Virus record (IMG/VR): IMGVR_UViG_3300010885_025649
Coordinates: 62,001 to 126,000 of that record
Direction: 5' to 3' (one strand)
DNA: 64,000 bases
A program made the position numbers and the translations under genes. The notes beneath the pieces were generated by a model. The model ran no database searches and had not been told where the DNA came from. It saw only the letters and a program-made list of their open reading frames with translations. The first letter of the stretch is position 1, and the number at the start of each line of letters is the position of its first letter. Positions 1-9,016 of the stretch are shown in pieces.

Positions 1-440
1 ACTTTACTGTAGGAAATAGAATTAGAATTGTTGATGAAGTACAAACCATAGCTACTATAGTTAATGATAGTCAATTAACTACTTCAAATGCTTTTAGTAT
101 CTTTAATAAACAAACTTATGGACAGGTTTATAATTTAACTGGTTGCACTTTTAAAGCACAAATAAGAATTGGAGATAATACTACCGAACTAATAGCAACA
201 TTCACAATAACAATAACTAATGCTTTTAATGGAACATTTGAACTAATCTTACCGGCAATAACAACTGCCAACATTAGTCCGGGTGTTTACCAGTATGATT
301 TATTTATAACATATACTAATGGAGATGTTAGTAGACTTTTATATGGAGATGTTACTGTATTAGCTCAAACAACAGATCCATCAGTAAATAGTAATACAGG
401 TCAGGCCATTGGATTATTACTAGCACTCACACAAGCATAA
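1..440 (+). CDS. 5'-truncated virion structural protein (BppU-N-like/baseplate-type beta domain)
   Basis: Open frame from nt 3 to TAA at 438-440 (…YNLTGCTFKAQIRIG…GVYQYDLFITYTNGDVSRLLYGDVTV…). Not in the ORF track because the start lies outside the window. Confidence 0.6.
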   Translation, partial: FTVGNRIRIVDEVQTIATIVNDSQLTTSNAFSIFNKQTYGQVYNLTGCTFKAQIRIGDNTTELIATFTITITNAFNGTFELILPAITTANISPGVYQYDLFITYTNGDVSRLLYGDVTVLAQTTDPSVNSNTGQAIGLLLALTQA

Positions 441-449
441 GAGGTATTC

Positions 450-1559
450 ATGTCAATTCAAGTAACACCAGGATCAGGAGTTAGCGTAGCCACAGATCTA
501 GCTGCTGGAGATAATTACCAAATAGTTAAATTAAACTGGGGAGACCTGGGAGCTACACAGCCAGCTACCTTAAGCAATCCATTCCCTATGCAAGCGCCTA
601 ATGGCATCCTAACTCTTCATACGGATGCAACTCCTGCTACTCAAACTATTACTGCTGCTGATGTGGCCTCTTCAACGGGTAGTGGAGCTAACTCTCAGAC
701 CATTATTACGGGAACACCCACAGCTAACTCTACTGCAACTTTTACAGTAAGTAACTATGATACAGCAACTGTACAAGTTACAGGTACTTGGGTAGGAACA
801 TTACAAAGTGAAATCTCTTTAGATGGTGGAGTTACTTGGTATTTAAGAACTGTACACCAAGCAGGTACTACAAGTTATACTACCTCATTTACTGCTAACT
901 TTGCTGGCGGTGTTGTAGTTGGTGGCTATACTACTTATAGAATAAGATGTACAGCATATACTTCCGGAACCGCTACCGTAAAACTTATCACAAGTCTAAA
1001 CCCTAATCTAGTACATATTTCCAGTGGATTACCTCCGGGTACTAATAGTATTGGAGCTATTACTAATACTACATTTGCAGCCACTCAAAGCGGCACATGG
1101 AATATCGGAACGATAACTACATTACCCTCATTACCTGCTGGAGCAAATGCTATTGGATCTATTACCAATACCACCTTTGCATCCACACAAAGTGGCACAT
1201 GGACAGTAAGAACGCAAGACGGCGCTGGAACAGCTTTAACCTCTACTAGTGGAGTATTAGATGTTAATACTAAACCCACTATTAGCTTTACTACTCCCAG
1301 TGCTACCGGAGCTACTGTTACTACAACAAGTTCCACAGTATTAGCTTCAAATGCTAGTCGTAAATATGCTTCTATTATTAATTATGGAGCTGTGGATTGC
1401 TTTCTTAACTTAACTAGTGCCGCCACATTAACTACAGGTATATACCTTAAAGCTGGTGGAGGTCAATATGAAATTACCACAGGAACACTACATGGATTAG
1501 CAGTTACAGGAATTGTAGCCAGTGGAACAACAACACTTTGTATTTTAGAAGGAACCTAA
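450..1559 (+). CDS. Thr/Gly-rich virion/tail-fibre-like protein
   Basis: 369 aa, beta-rich low-complexity T/G/S composition, internal repeat (GTNSIGAITNTTF/GANAIGSITNTTF), RBS GAGG. Confidence 0.55.
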   Translation: MSIQVTPGSGVSVATDLAAGDNYQIVKLNWGDLGATQPATLSNPFPMQAPNGILTLHTDATPATQTITAADVASSTGSGANSQTIITGTPTANSTATFTVSNYDTATVQVTGTWVGTLQSEISLDGGVTWYLRTVHQAGTTSYTTSFTANFAGGVVVGGYTTYRIRCTAYTSGTATVKLITSLNPNLVHISSGLPPGTNSIGAITNTTFAATQSGTWNIGTITTLPSLPAGANAIGSITNTTFASTQSGTWTVRTQDGAGTALTSTSGVLDVNTKPTISFTTPSATGATVTTTSSTVLASNASRKYASIINYGAVDCFLNLTSAATLTTGIYLKAGGGQYEITTGTLHGLAVTGIVASGTTTLCILEGT

Positions 1560-1561
1560 TA

Positions 1562-4249
1562 ATGCCAGTACGTAATTCAACACAACCAACAAATAGTCAA
1601 TTAGCTTCAGCAATTGCTCAGTATAATCCTGGGGGAATTGCTCTATTAGATAACCGCGGTAATACAGTTAGAGATACTACTAATCCCACAGTAGTTATTG
1701 GCTCAGGTACCGGGGGTAACTATCCTACATCAGCTATTAGTAGTCCTGTCGCAGGGGTACCATTATTTCCTTGGTTAAGAAATGCTAATAGATTAAATAC
1801 TTGTTATAGTTATTCTCATGGTGCTATAGAAAGAGCAGAATCAATTGCTCCCGCTTATAACGCTATAGAAAGTAATGCTGTAAGTAATCCTAATACTAAA
1901 GGTAATGTAAGAGTACATTTCTATTCAGATGCCCCTCAAATAGGTTTCGTTGTTAGAGGTCAAGCAGGTTTACAATATAGAGTTATTGTAGAAGGGGTTG
2001 AGAGATTATATACAGTAGCCGCACCAACAGCAACTGCCCCTTTATGTGTATCAGGTAGTACAACTACAGCTAGATTAGCAGCTAGTGAAGGTAGTGGAAC
2101 AAGTTATACAGGCCAATACTTTACTATTGTCGGTGGAACAGGAGCAGGACAAGCATCTAAGTTAATTACTTCTTATGTAGCTAATACTCAAACAGCAACA
2201 TTTAGTGCTCTTACAACCGCACCTGATACAACTTCTGTATATGTAATTACTGTAGCGCCTATAGTAGTTGGTTCTTCAGCTACAGCATTTGTAATTCCTA
2301 CAGCTTCCGCTTTGTATTATGAAATGCTTATGGATTTTAGCGCAGGTACTGGAAACGTAGATAGAGAATTTATTGTAGAAATTACTGGTGGGTACTTCTT
2401 TGGAGTTAACGTAGCAGGAGTAGCTGTAGGTACAGCCGGAGCAGTTAATACTATTTATTCTGTACGCCCTGCACCCATCAGAAGAGCAGGTAGAGGTTTA
2501 GTTATAGGAGATTCATTTACAGAATCTTCTTATGCTAAAGGTAACTTACAAACCTTAGCAGGTTACTTTGGAGACTTTACTGGATTAGATGCTATTAATG
2601 CTGGAGTAGGATCTACTGGCTATTTAGAGCCAGGAACTATTAACCTGGCAACGGGCGGCGCAGCTATATATCGTAAGATGAATACTATGGATAGAATGCT
2701 ACCACCTCCTGCAAATCCGGCATATCCTAATGGAACCAGTTGGAGAGTTAGATTTAATGAAGCTAATACTGGTGCCAGCGCTAACTTTGATTTAAGTTAT
2801 GGTGGCCAATCTACAGCAGTCACATTTACAGCAACTACTAATGGAACTACATCTGTTACAGGTATTAGTAGTACTTCTATAGGAAGTAACACTGCCGGAC
2901 TATGGCCAGGAATGGTAGTTACGGGTACTAATATTACAGCAGGTACAACTATAGCTACAGTAAGTACAAATAGTATTACTTTAAGTCAAGTTGCTAGTGG
3001 ATCAGGTACACAAACCTTAACCCAATCATTACCCTTTACAACTACTGGAGGTAATATTGGCTTAATGCAATTAGCATTATCACAAATGAGTAGTGTAGGT
3101 AGAACAGTATTAGGTACCTTTACAGGAACTATTTCTAATAACGGTACTACAATAACTAGCATCAGTCCTGCAACAGCAGGTTCTGGTAACTTAGTTGTGG
3201 GCGCGACTATTGAGTGGTTTAATATAGGGACTGGAGTACAAGTATTACCTATAGGAAGTCAAGTAGCTTCGGTTGTAAGTAGCTCTTCTATTACAGTTAA
3301 TGGTGCTGCCGGAAATGCATCAGCACAAACCACTACCACCTTTTATATAGTTACTTATCAAGTAGATGTCTTTGGTCCTTGTTATACTTCAAGTCCTATT
3401 GTAATGTTCAGAAACCCAAGTACTGCTAGCGGAACACTAACAGCTAACTCAGCTAACATGACCTGGACTTCTAGTTTAAGCTCTGCAATTAGTGTAACTC
3501 AATATGTAGGAGATTTAGTACAAAACTTCCAATATAATGGTGCTGGACAAGCTTTACCTATATATGCCTTATTTACTGTAGGCCATAATGATATAACTAC
3601 TAAAAACACTAACTGGGTTAAGAGCACAATACAAACTCAATGCGCTAGTTTATGGGGAACTATACAGAAGTTATATCCTAATGTTACTGTAGTAGTTGTA
3701 GGTGTAATGTGGTTAGGAAGTTTAAGTCCAGTAACTACATTTACTGTTAACAGTGCTACTGTAGCTGCAGGATCTACAAGTATTACAGTAGCATCTAACG
3801 CTGGGGCTACCGCTGGTATAGGATTATTAGGATTTGGCTTAGATGCAGGAACAACTATAACTGGTACTGGAACAGGAACAATTACAATTAATAAACCTAC
3901 AGTTGGTGCTATTCCGGTTAACACAGTATTATATCATGGTACTGTTGCAGATACACATTGTGCATTACAAACCCAAGCGCCACTAACACTAAATACAATT
4001 AATGGACAAGTACCCTTTATAGATACTTACTTCCCTGATTTCTGGTTAACTGGTACAGGAAGTAGAGGTACATTTACTACAGGTATGGCTGCGCCTGGAG
4101 TTAAAAATGATGGAAATTCTGATATCTTATGTTCAGCAATTGATGGCGTTCACCCTGATGGATTAGTGGGACACTATTATTTGGGTAGACGTATTGCTGA
4201 TGCATTTATTAGATTAGTCTGGGGACAACAAGTTCCATATGTTAAATAA
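1562..4249 (+). CDS. Tail-fibre/tailspike-like protein with split SGNH (GDSL) esterase domain
   Basis: SGNH blocks GDSF, GVGSTG, GHND and DGVHP in order, separated by T/G-rich modules. ATG at 1562 preferred to the ORF-track start at 1538. Confidence 0.65.
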   Translation: MPVRNSTQPTNSQLASAIAQYNPGGIALLDNRGNTVRDTTNPTVVIGSGTGGNYPTSAISSPVAGVPLFPWLRNANRLNTCYSYSHGAIERAESIAPAYNAIESNAVSNPNTKGNVRVHFYSDAPQIGFVVRGQAGLQYRVIVEGVERLYTVAAPTATAPLCVSGSTTTARLAASEGSGTSYTGQYFTIVGGTGAGQASKLITSYVANTQTATFSALTTAPDTTSVYVITVAPIVVGSSATAFVIPTASALYYEMLMDFSAGTGNVDREFIVEITGGYFFGVNVAGVAVGTAGAVNTIYSVRPAPIRRAGRGLVIGDSFTESSYAKGNLQTLAGYFGDFTGLDAINAGVGSTGYLEPGTINLATGGAAIYRKMNTMDRMLPPPANPAYPNGTSWRVRFNEANTGASANFDLSYGGQSTAVTFTATTNGTTSVTGISSTSIGSNTAGLWPGMVVTGTNITAGTTIATVSTNSITLSQVASGSGTQTLTQSLPFTTTGGNIGLMQLALSQMSSVGRTVLGTFTGTISNNGTTITSISPATAGSGNLVVGATIEWFNIGTGVQVLPIGSQVASVVSSSSITVNGAAGNASAQTTTTFYIVTYQVDVFGPCYTSSPIVMFRNPSTASGTLTANSANMTWTSSLSSAISVTQYVGDLVQNFQYNGAGQALPIYALFTVGHNDITTKNTNWVKSTIQTQCASLWGTIQKLYPNVTVVVVGVMWLGSLSPVTTFTVNSATVAAGSTSITVASNAGATAGIGLLGFGLDAGTTITGTGTGTITINKPTVGAIPVNTVLYHGTVADTHCALQTQAPLTLNTINGQVPFIDTYFPDFWLTGTGSRGTFTTGMAAPGVKNDGNSDILCSAIDGVHPDGLVGHYYLGRRIADAFIRLVWGQQVPYVK

Positions 4250-4275
4250 CATTTATATTTACTAAGGATAAACAA

Positions 4276-4431
4276 ATGGAATTACTACAATTAAAGTTAG
4301 AGAACATTACTTTAAAGAAAGCACTACTACAATTACAATTCAATGGATTGGAAAAAGATGAAGCTGAGTTACTAGCTAAACTAGAAGAACTAAAAGCACC
4401 ACCAGCAGAAGAAAAGCTACCAAATACATAA
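4276..4431 (+). CDS. Small coiled-coil protein (51 aa)
   Basis: AAGGA RBS, ATG at 4276, MELLQLKLENITLKK…, TAA at 4429-4431. Confidence 0.5.
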   Translation: MELLQLKLENITLKKALLQLQFNGLEKDEAELLAKLEELKAPPAEEKLPNT

Positions 4432-4435
4432 AAAG

Positions 4436-4461
4436 AAGCCGCTTATTAATTTAAGCGGCTT
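4436..4461. terminator. Bidirectional intrinsic terminator between converging modules
   Basis: 10-bp stem AAGCCGCTTA/TAAGCGGCTT with A/T-rich flanks, at the + to - strand switch. Confidence 0.75.
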
Positions 4462-4475
4462 TATAATTTATTAAA

Positions 4476-4661
4476 TTACTGAGGGGGAGTAGCAGGCTTA
4501 TTACTATAATAACCAATAAGACCTACAAACAATGCTGCAAAGAAAGCACTAAGATTAGCAGGAATTAATCCAGCAGTACCCGCAGCAACAGCAACCAATT
4601 GTAGCAATCCAAATAAATTGGTTAGAATATTTGGAGTTAAGAAAGCAGCTAATTTGTCCAT
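4476..4661 (-). CDS. Small two-TM membrane protein (holin-like)
   Basis: 61 aa, two hydrophobic helices, basic/proline C-terminus. Confidence 0.45.
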   Translation of the reverse strand: MDKLAAFLTPNILTNLFGLLQLVAVAAGTAGLIPANLSAFFAALFVGLIGYYSNKPATPPQ

Positions 4662-4704
4662 GAGTATTCTCTAATCAGTACAAATTAACTATACTATAAA
4701 AGAT

Positions 4705-5916
4705 CTAGAGATAACTTAGCACATGAGGATTTACTTTACAAGCTTTAACAAACTGAGAGCCATTACCAACTAAGCGTAATCCTCCGGGATTAGTAGCTCT
4801 GGATAAAGCTGTGTAAAGTAATCCTGGAGTACGAGCACAATGTTGATTTCTAAAATCAACTTGGAGAGAATTAATAGATAAAGATTGACTCGAATGTGTA
4901 GTTAAAGCAAAAGCTAATACTAAAGGTAAATAGGTTATAGTACCAATAACTTTAAAGTCTAGCTTATGAAAATCATATACTTTATTCTGTCTAGAAACCG
5001 GATTAATAACTACCACAGCACTATTACGCAGCAATCGCACCACTACAGAATTTCTATAGAGTTCTTCTACAATAGCTAAATCCCCGTTACTAACACCAAG
5101 ATCAATATTATTAACCTTAATCATTACAAGCGCGCCTAATTTTAGGGATAGCTTCTCGGGAATATTCTTCCAGTTACTATCAACAACTCCTTTAACAATA
5201 GAGGCATATTCAATAATCTTACCAGTAAGTCTATCTAATCTATAAGTATTAACTTGATTAACTTCTTTATTAGTGGAAGCTAATGTAGTACCTACAAAGT
5301 CTGGATCTAACTGGGCATGAAACTTAATAACATCTTTAAAGTAATCAACGCTATCCAAAGCATTACCTTTTCTGACAAGATTAAGTGCATTAACAAAATC
5401 AACATCTGATTGGCGTTTAATCTCTGTTAGCTTAATCTGCGTAAAGTTTCTAAAACATGGTGCATCAATAATTAAATCTCCGTCTACACAAGGTAGTTGT
5501 CCTAGATCATATACTAAAAGAATTCCTAGTTTATGTTTAGAGTCTGCTCCCGGTTTAAGTCTAGTAGAATTATTTACATCTACTAATGCGCTATATATTA
5601 ATTCTAGTTGTTGTCCGGCTAACATAGAAGCTTCTTCAATAACTAGATATTTAACTCCGGATTCTCTTAATGATTTTAACCGGCCATGTAATTCTAGCTT
5701 ACGATAAGAAATCATTAAAGATTCCGTATCAAAATAGCCTAATAGTTTATTAATAGTAGTAGCATCTGGACTAATATTAACTGCACTAATCCCTGTAGTA
5801 CTACTTAATAAGGCAAACTTTGGAATATGTTCGTAGTGTTGCCTTACTAAGTAGCTTTTACCTGAACCCCCTGGTCCAGTCAAGGCTATAAATTGGTCTT
5901 TAAATTGATTCTCCAT
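4705..5916 (-). CDS. PIF1/RecD-like SF1B DNA helicase
   Basis: Walker A GPGGSGKS; IEEASM; GQLPCV; EIKRQSD; ALTTHSSQSLSI; YTALSRA. Confidence 0.9.
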   Translation of the reverse strand: MENQFKDQFIALTGPGGSGKSYLVRQHYEHIPKFALLSSTTGISAVNISPDATTINKLLGYFDTESLMISYRKLELHGRLKSLRESGVKYLVIEEASMLAGQQLELIYSALVDVNNSTRLKPGADSKHKLGILLVYDLGQLPCVDGDLIIDAPCFRNFTQIKLTEIKRQSDVDFVNALNLVRKGNALDSVDYFKDVIKFHAQLDPDFVGTTLASTNKEVNQVNTYRLDRLTGKIIEYASIVKGVVDSNWKNIPEKLSLKLGALVMIKVNNIDLGVSNGDLAIVEELYRNSVVVRLLRNSAVVVINPVSRQNKVYDFHKLDFKVIGTITYLPLVLAFALTTHSSQSLSINSLQVDFRNQHCARTPGLLYTALSRATNPGGLRLVGNGSQFVKACKVNPHVLSYL

Positions 5917-6118
5917 TAATTGCTTTTTCCTTAGTCATACTAACACCATCATTATAACCCATATTAAACGCGAGCGGAATAACCTGCGTTGTTACTAAAT
6001 GTATAAGTCTCATAGCAAATATCTGCCGATTAGTATCATCAGGTTCCTTTGCTAAATTCTCAATCATCGGTTCTAACAATTTAGTAAAGCAATCAGTTAA
6101 ACCAGCGGGCACTTTCAT
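5900..6118 (-). CDS. Hypothetical protein
   Basis: ORF tiles the operon; AGGAG RBS. Confidence 0.5.
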   Translation of the reverse strand: MKVPAGLTDCFTKLLEPMIENLAKEPDDTNRQIFAMRLIHLVTTQVIPLAFNMGYNDGVSMTKEKAINGESI

Positions 6119-6126
6119 GGGAACTC

Positions 6127-6576
6127 CTATTTGGTGAATTGTGCGGTAACATCAAGCAAAGCTTTCCAACCAACTACACGGCCTAGAGTTTCTAGTGGAG
6201 TCGCTCTAGAAACTCCTACAAGGAATTCTTCAGAGCGGGCAGAGATAAGATTATATCCACGCAAACTACCATCTTTATTCTTAACCTCCTCACGTTCAAT
6301 AACCGCATATTCAAAAGGGTTTTGATTATACGCATACTGAAGAGCAGGAGCAATTAAAGGATTTATATAACTAAAAGGCATATTTATAAATCCCGGATTA
6401 ACTTTTGGACCTTTATATAAATAGTGATCAATTTCTCCTAAGAACTGAACATAAATAATATCTGTAGAAGTGTGATTAAAACAACCAGCACCAATAACAA
6501 TAGTCTTACACATGTCAACTAGATCTTGTAGTGATCCAGAGAAGAAGACTTGATTAACAACAGTATTAGTCATCAT
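6127..6576 (-). CDS. Hypothetical protein
   Basis: ORF tiles the operon. Confidence 0.5.
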   Translation of the reverse strand: MMTNTVVNQVFFSGSLQDLVDMCKTIVIGAGCFNHTSTDIIYVQFLGEIDHYLYKGPKVNPGFINMPFSYINPLIAPALQYAYNQNPFEYAVIEREEVKNKDGSLRGYNLISARSEEFLVGVSRATPLETLGRVVGWKALLDVTAQFTK

Positions 6577-6784
6577 TACCTTTTAGTAGTGTATAGTTAA
6601 GAGCACGTAGAGATTGATAAGTAGTCCACCCGGGATTACCCAGGTTATCTGGATTAGGTTTTACCAAGTGAGGAAAGTCTGTATAAGGTTGCCAAGGCTC
6701 GTCGGCCTTATGCCGGATATGTAACACGCGTTGAGTTTGGGAAAGCGAAGGAACAAACATCCAGCACATTTGACCTGAGAACAT
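6566..6784 (-). CDS. Small hypothetical protein (QRVLHIR…EPWQPYT motif, recalled from cyanobacterial hypotheticals)
   Basis: ORF tiles the operon, locally higher GC. Family recognition is from memory only. Confidence 0.45.
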   Translation of the reverse strand: MFSGQMCWMFVPSLSQTQRVLHIRHKADEPWQPYTDFPHLVKPNPDNLGNPGWTTYQSLRALNYTLLKGNDD

Positions 6785-7005
6785 TAGAGCACCTCTTCGT
6801 AGTTGATGGTTGCGAGAGTGTTGTTGTCGTCATCTAGGAAGTCATATTTACCTGGACTAATATATTGTATATCTTCAGGATTAATTGGTTCAATATAATA
6901 AGCCTCTCTATCCCGCTTTAATAGAATTCTATATTTATTAATCTTACCAAATGTAAAGGGCTTCGGTTCTTTAATCCAATTTGTGGTCACTTTTAGTTGA
7001 TGCAT
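6784..7005 (-). CDS. Hypothetical protein
   Basis: ORF with TAATG-type overlap to the next gene. Confidence 0.45.
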   Translation of the reverse strand: MHQLKVTTNWIKEPKPFTFGKINKYRILLKRDREAYYIEPINPEDIQYISPGKYDFLDDDNNTLATINYEEVL

Positions 7006-7060
7006 TATACAAATCCCAAGAGTTTAAATAAACATTATACCAATAAGAGTTTGGATAATC

Positions 7061-8989
7061 TTAACTAACCTGTAGCTCATTATAAGCTTTAAATGTTAGT
7101 GGAAAGATAGGTTCAGCAAGTTGTTTAAATGCTATAGCATATTGACGAATCTCCCATTGTGCATCTTCAGATAAACGTAATCCTAAGAAATGTAATAAAG
7201 ATCTTAGATTAAAAGTGATATATAAACTTGTATAAGTGCAATGTGGTAAAACTCCTCTAGCTTGTTCTCTACACACACCATTAGCTAATAACTGCTCATA
7301 TATTTGATAAGCTTTATTAACTTGTTCTGCATATAATTCTCGTACTAACTCTTGATTAATATCCGGATTAGATACACTAGATTGTCTATTAGTTTTACCT
7401 TGCCCTCGAAACTCTTTAGGAATATAAGCTTGGTTCTTGACTACAATATATCTTGCACTTTCCTGATTAAATGAGTTATGAACCACAATTCCATTAGCTA
7501 CAAAATTATGCCAAGGCTTTGTAACACACAAATCATAAGTATCTTGTTCTCCCATATATTCAATAGCAGTAACTTTAACGGGATGAGCTTTAAGTTTCTG
7601 GCCTATACGTTTATTTACTCGCACTCTAAATAAAACAGGTTTATTCAAAGCTTGTTCTGCAAAAGCAATTTCATTTGCTTGAGATTTATGAACTTCCATA
7701 TGACAAGATTTACAAAGAGTAATAAGATTATCAATGTCATAAGCTTTAGTTATATCAGCAGCAACTGGAATTATATGATGTGCATGAAGTATACTAGAAC
7801 CTTGTCCGCATTGTTGACAAGTATAATCATACTTTTCATGAACGACTTTAGCATTTAGTCTAGTCCATGCACCAATATTAGCCCGTTCAGTCGTAATACC
7901 CCCACGCCAGAAATTGTTCTTCTCGCCTACCTTTTGTTTAGCTCTAATTGATCTAACTTGGCGAGCTTCTGGAGTTAAGTTAATCTTATAACCAGTCTTA
8001 CCTTTATTCCAAGGAGTCTGATTTAGGAAGAGTTTATCTATTTCTTGTTTAGAGAATTTTAGATCATGTATCTTAAGCCATTTCCTAATAGTATGATAAC
8101 TACACTCTGCCTCTGACGCCATTTGTGCAACAGAATATCCATCTTGTCTACATTTCTGCATCCAATCATAATCTCTATATAATCCGCTACCAACAACAAC
8201 ATTACCATTAACCATAAAATAAGAATCTTTAGTCATAAGTACTTCATCATTTATTACTTGTACTCCAAGGGCATGTCCCATAGTTTGCCAACCTTCTGAA
8301 GTATAAACTTTATGATTAGTAGTCATAGTTAAAGTTTTATTATCTTCTAATGTAACTTTATATACTGGCTGTATACCTTGATAAACTACATCTTCAACAT
8401 GACCAGTTGTAAATAAACCAGTACTTTCATCTAAAACCCGCAGCCGCATATTACTAATTCGTTTCTGCTTACTACGAAATCCTGCAGGTAATTTACTATT
8501 ACATACTCTTTGTACTGTGGCCCAACCCACCCCAGTTTTATTAGCTATTTGTCTATAGTTAATATTAGCTGCAGCCATTTCTTTAATTTGGTCTACAACT
8601 ATTTGTGGAGTAGTTAATGGATGTTTTTCTCCAATATGCCAATCTTCATATAATTCTTTAATTGTTTTATTTAAAGATTTAGAAGTTACACCAGTATTAT
8701 TAACAAATGTAACTATAGTATCACCAGTAACACAACAACCAATACGATGTCTTAACATCTCTTGAACTACATATAATGGAGCGGTAGCTCTAAAGGTTAA
8801 TAGATTGTGTTCCACAGGGCTAAAATGTTTGTTCTTAAGTAAATATTTAATTAATTTATAATTATCTTCTTGTGATCTAACTTTAAGATCATTAGCTAAA
8901 GAAACTCTAGCTGCGGCGCAAATCATCGCATCATCACCGACATGCTGAATTAATTCAACATGACTAATATTATCTAATAAAGGATCCAT
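7061..8989 (-). CDS. thyX: FAD-dependent thymidylate synthase ThyX, intein-interrupted
   Basis: AAARVS, HFSPVEH and the signature RHRIGC|…|SFNQESARY; C-terminal REQARGVLP and NLRSLLHFLGLR…AQWEIR. Confidence 0.95.
   Translation of the reverse strand: MDPLLDNISHVELIQHVGDDAMICAAARVSLANDLKVRSQEDNYKLIKYLLKNKHFSPVEHNLLTFRATAPLYVVQEMLRHRIGCCVTGDTIVTFVNNTGVTSKSLNKTIKELYEDWHIGEKHPLTTPQIVVDQIKEMAAANINYRQIANKTGVGWATVQRVCNSKLPAGFRSKQKRISNMRLRVLDESTGLFTTGHVEDVVYQGIQPVYKVTLEDNKTLTMTTNHKVYTSEGWQTMGHALGVQVINDEVLMTKDSYFMVNGNVVVGSGLYRDYDWMQKCRQDGYSVAQMASEAECSYHTIRKWLKIHDLKFSKQEIDKLFLNQTPWNKGKTGYKINLTPEARQVRSIRAKQKVGEKNNFWRGGITTERANIGAWTRLNAKVVHEKYDYTCQQCGQGSSILHAHHIIPVAADITKAYDIDNLITLCKSCHMEVHKSQANEIAFAEQALNKPVLFRVRVNKRIGQKLKAHPVKVTAIEYMGEQDTYDLCVTKPWHNFVANGIVVHNSFNQESARYIVVKNQAYIPKEFRGQGKTNRQSSVSNPDINQELVRELYAEQVNKAYQIYEQLLANGVCREQARGVLPHCTYTSLYITFNLRSLLHFLGLRLSEDAQWEIRQYAIAFKQLAEPIFPLTFKAYNELQVS
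7475..8734 (-). mobile_element. Intein (420 aa) with HNH homing endonuclease
   Basis: Begins CVTGDT, block B LTMTTNHKVYT, ends YDL…HNFVANGIVVHN with +1 Ser. Central CQQCG…HAHHIIP…NLITLCKSCH plus PWNKGK motif and HTH-like segments. Confidence 0.92.
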
Positions 8990-9016
8990 ATAACCTATAT
9001 ATATAATAAAGTATAA

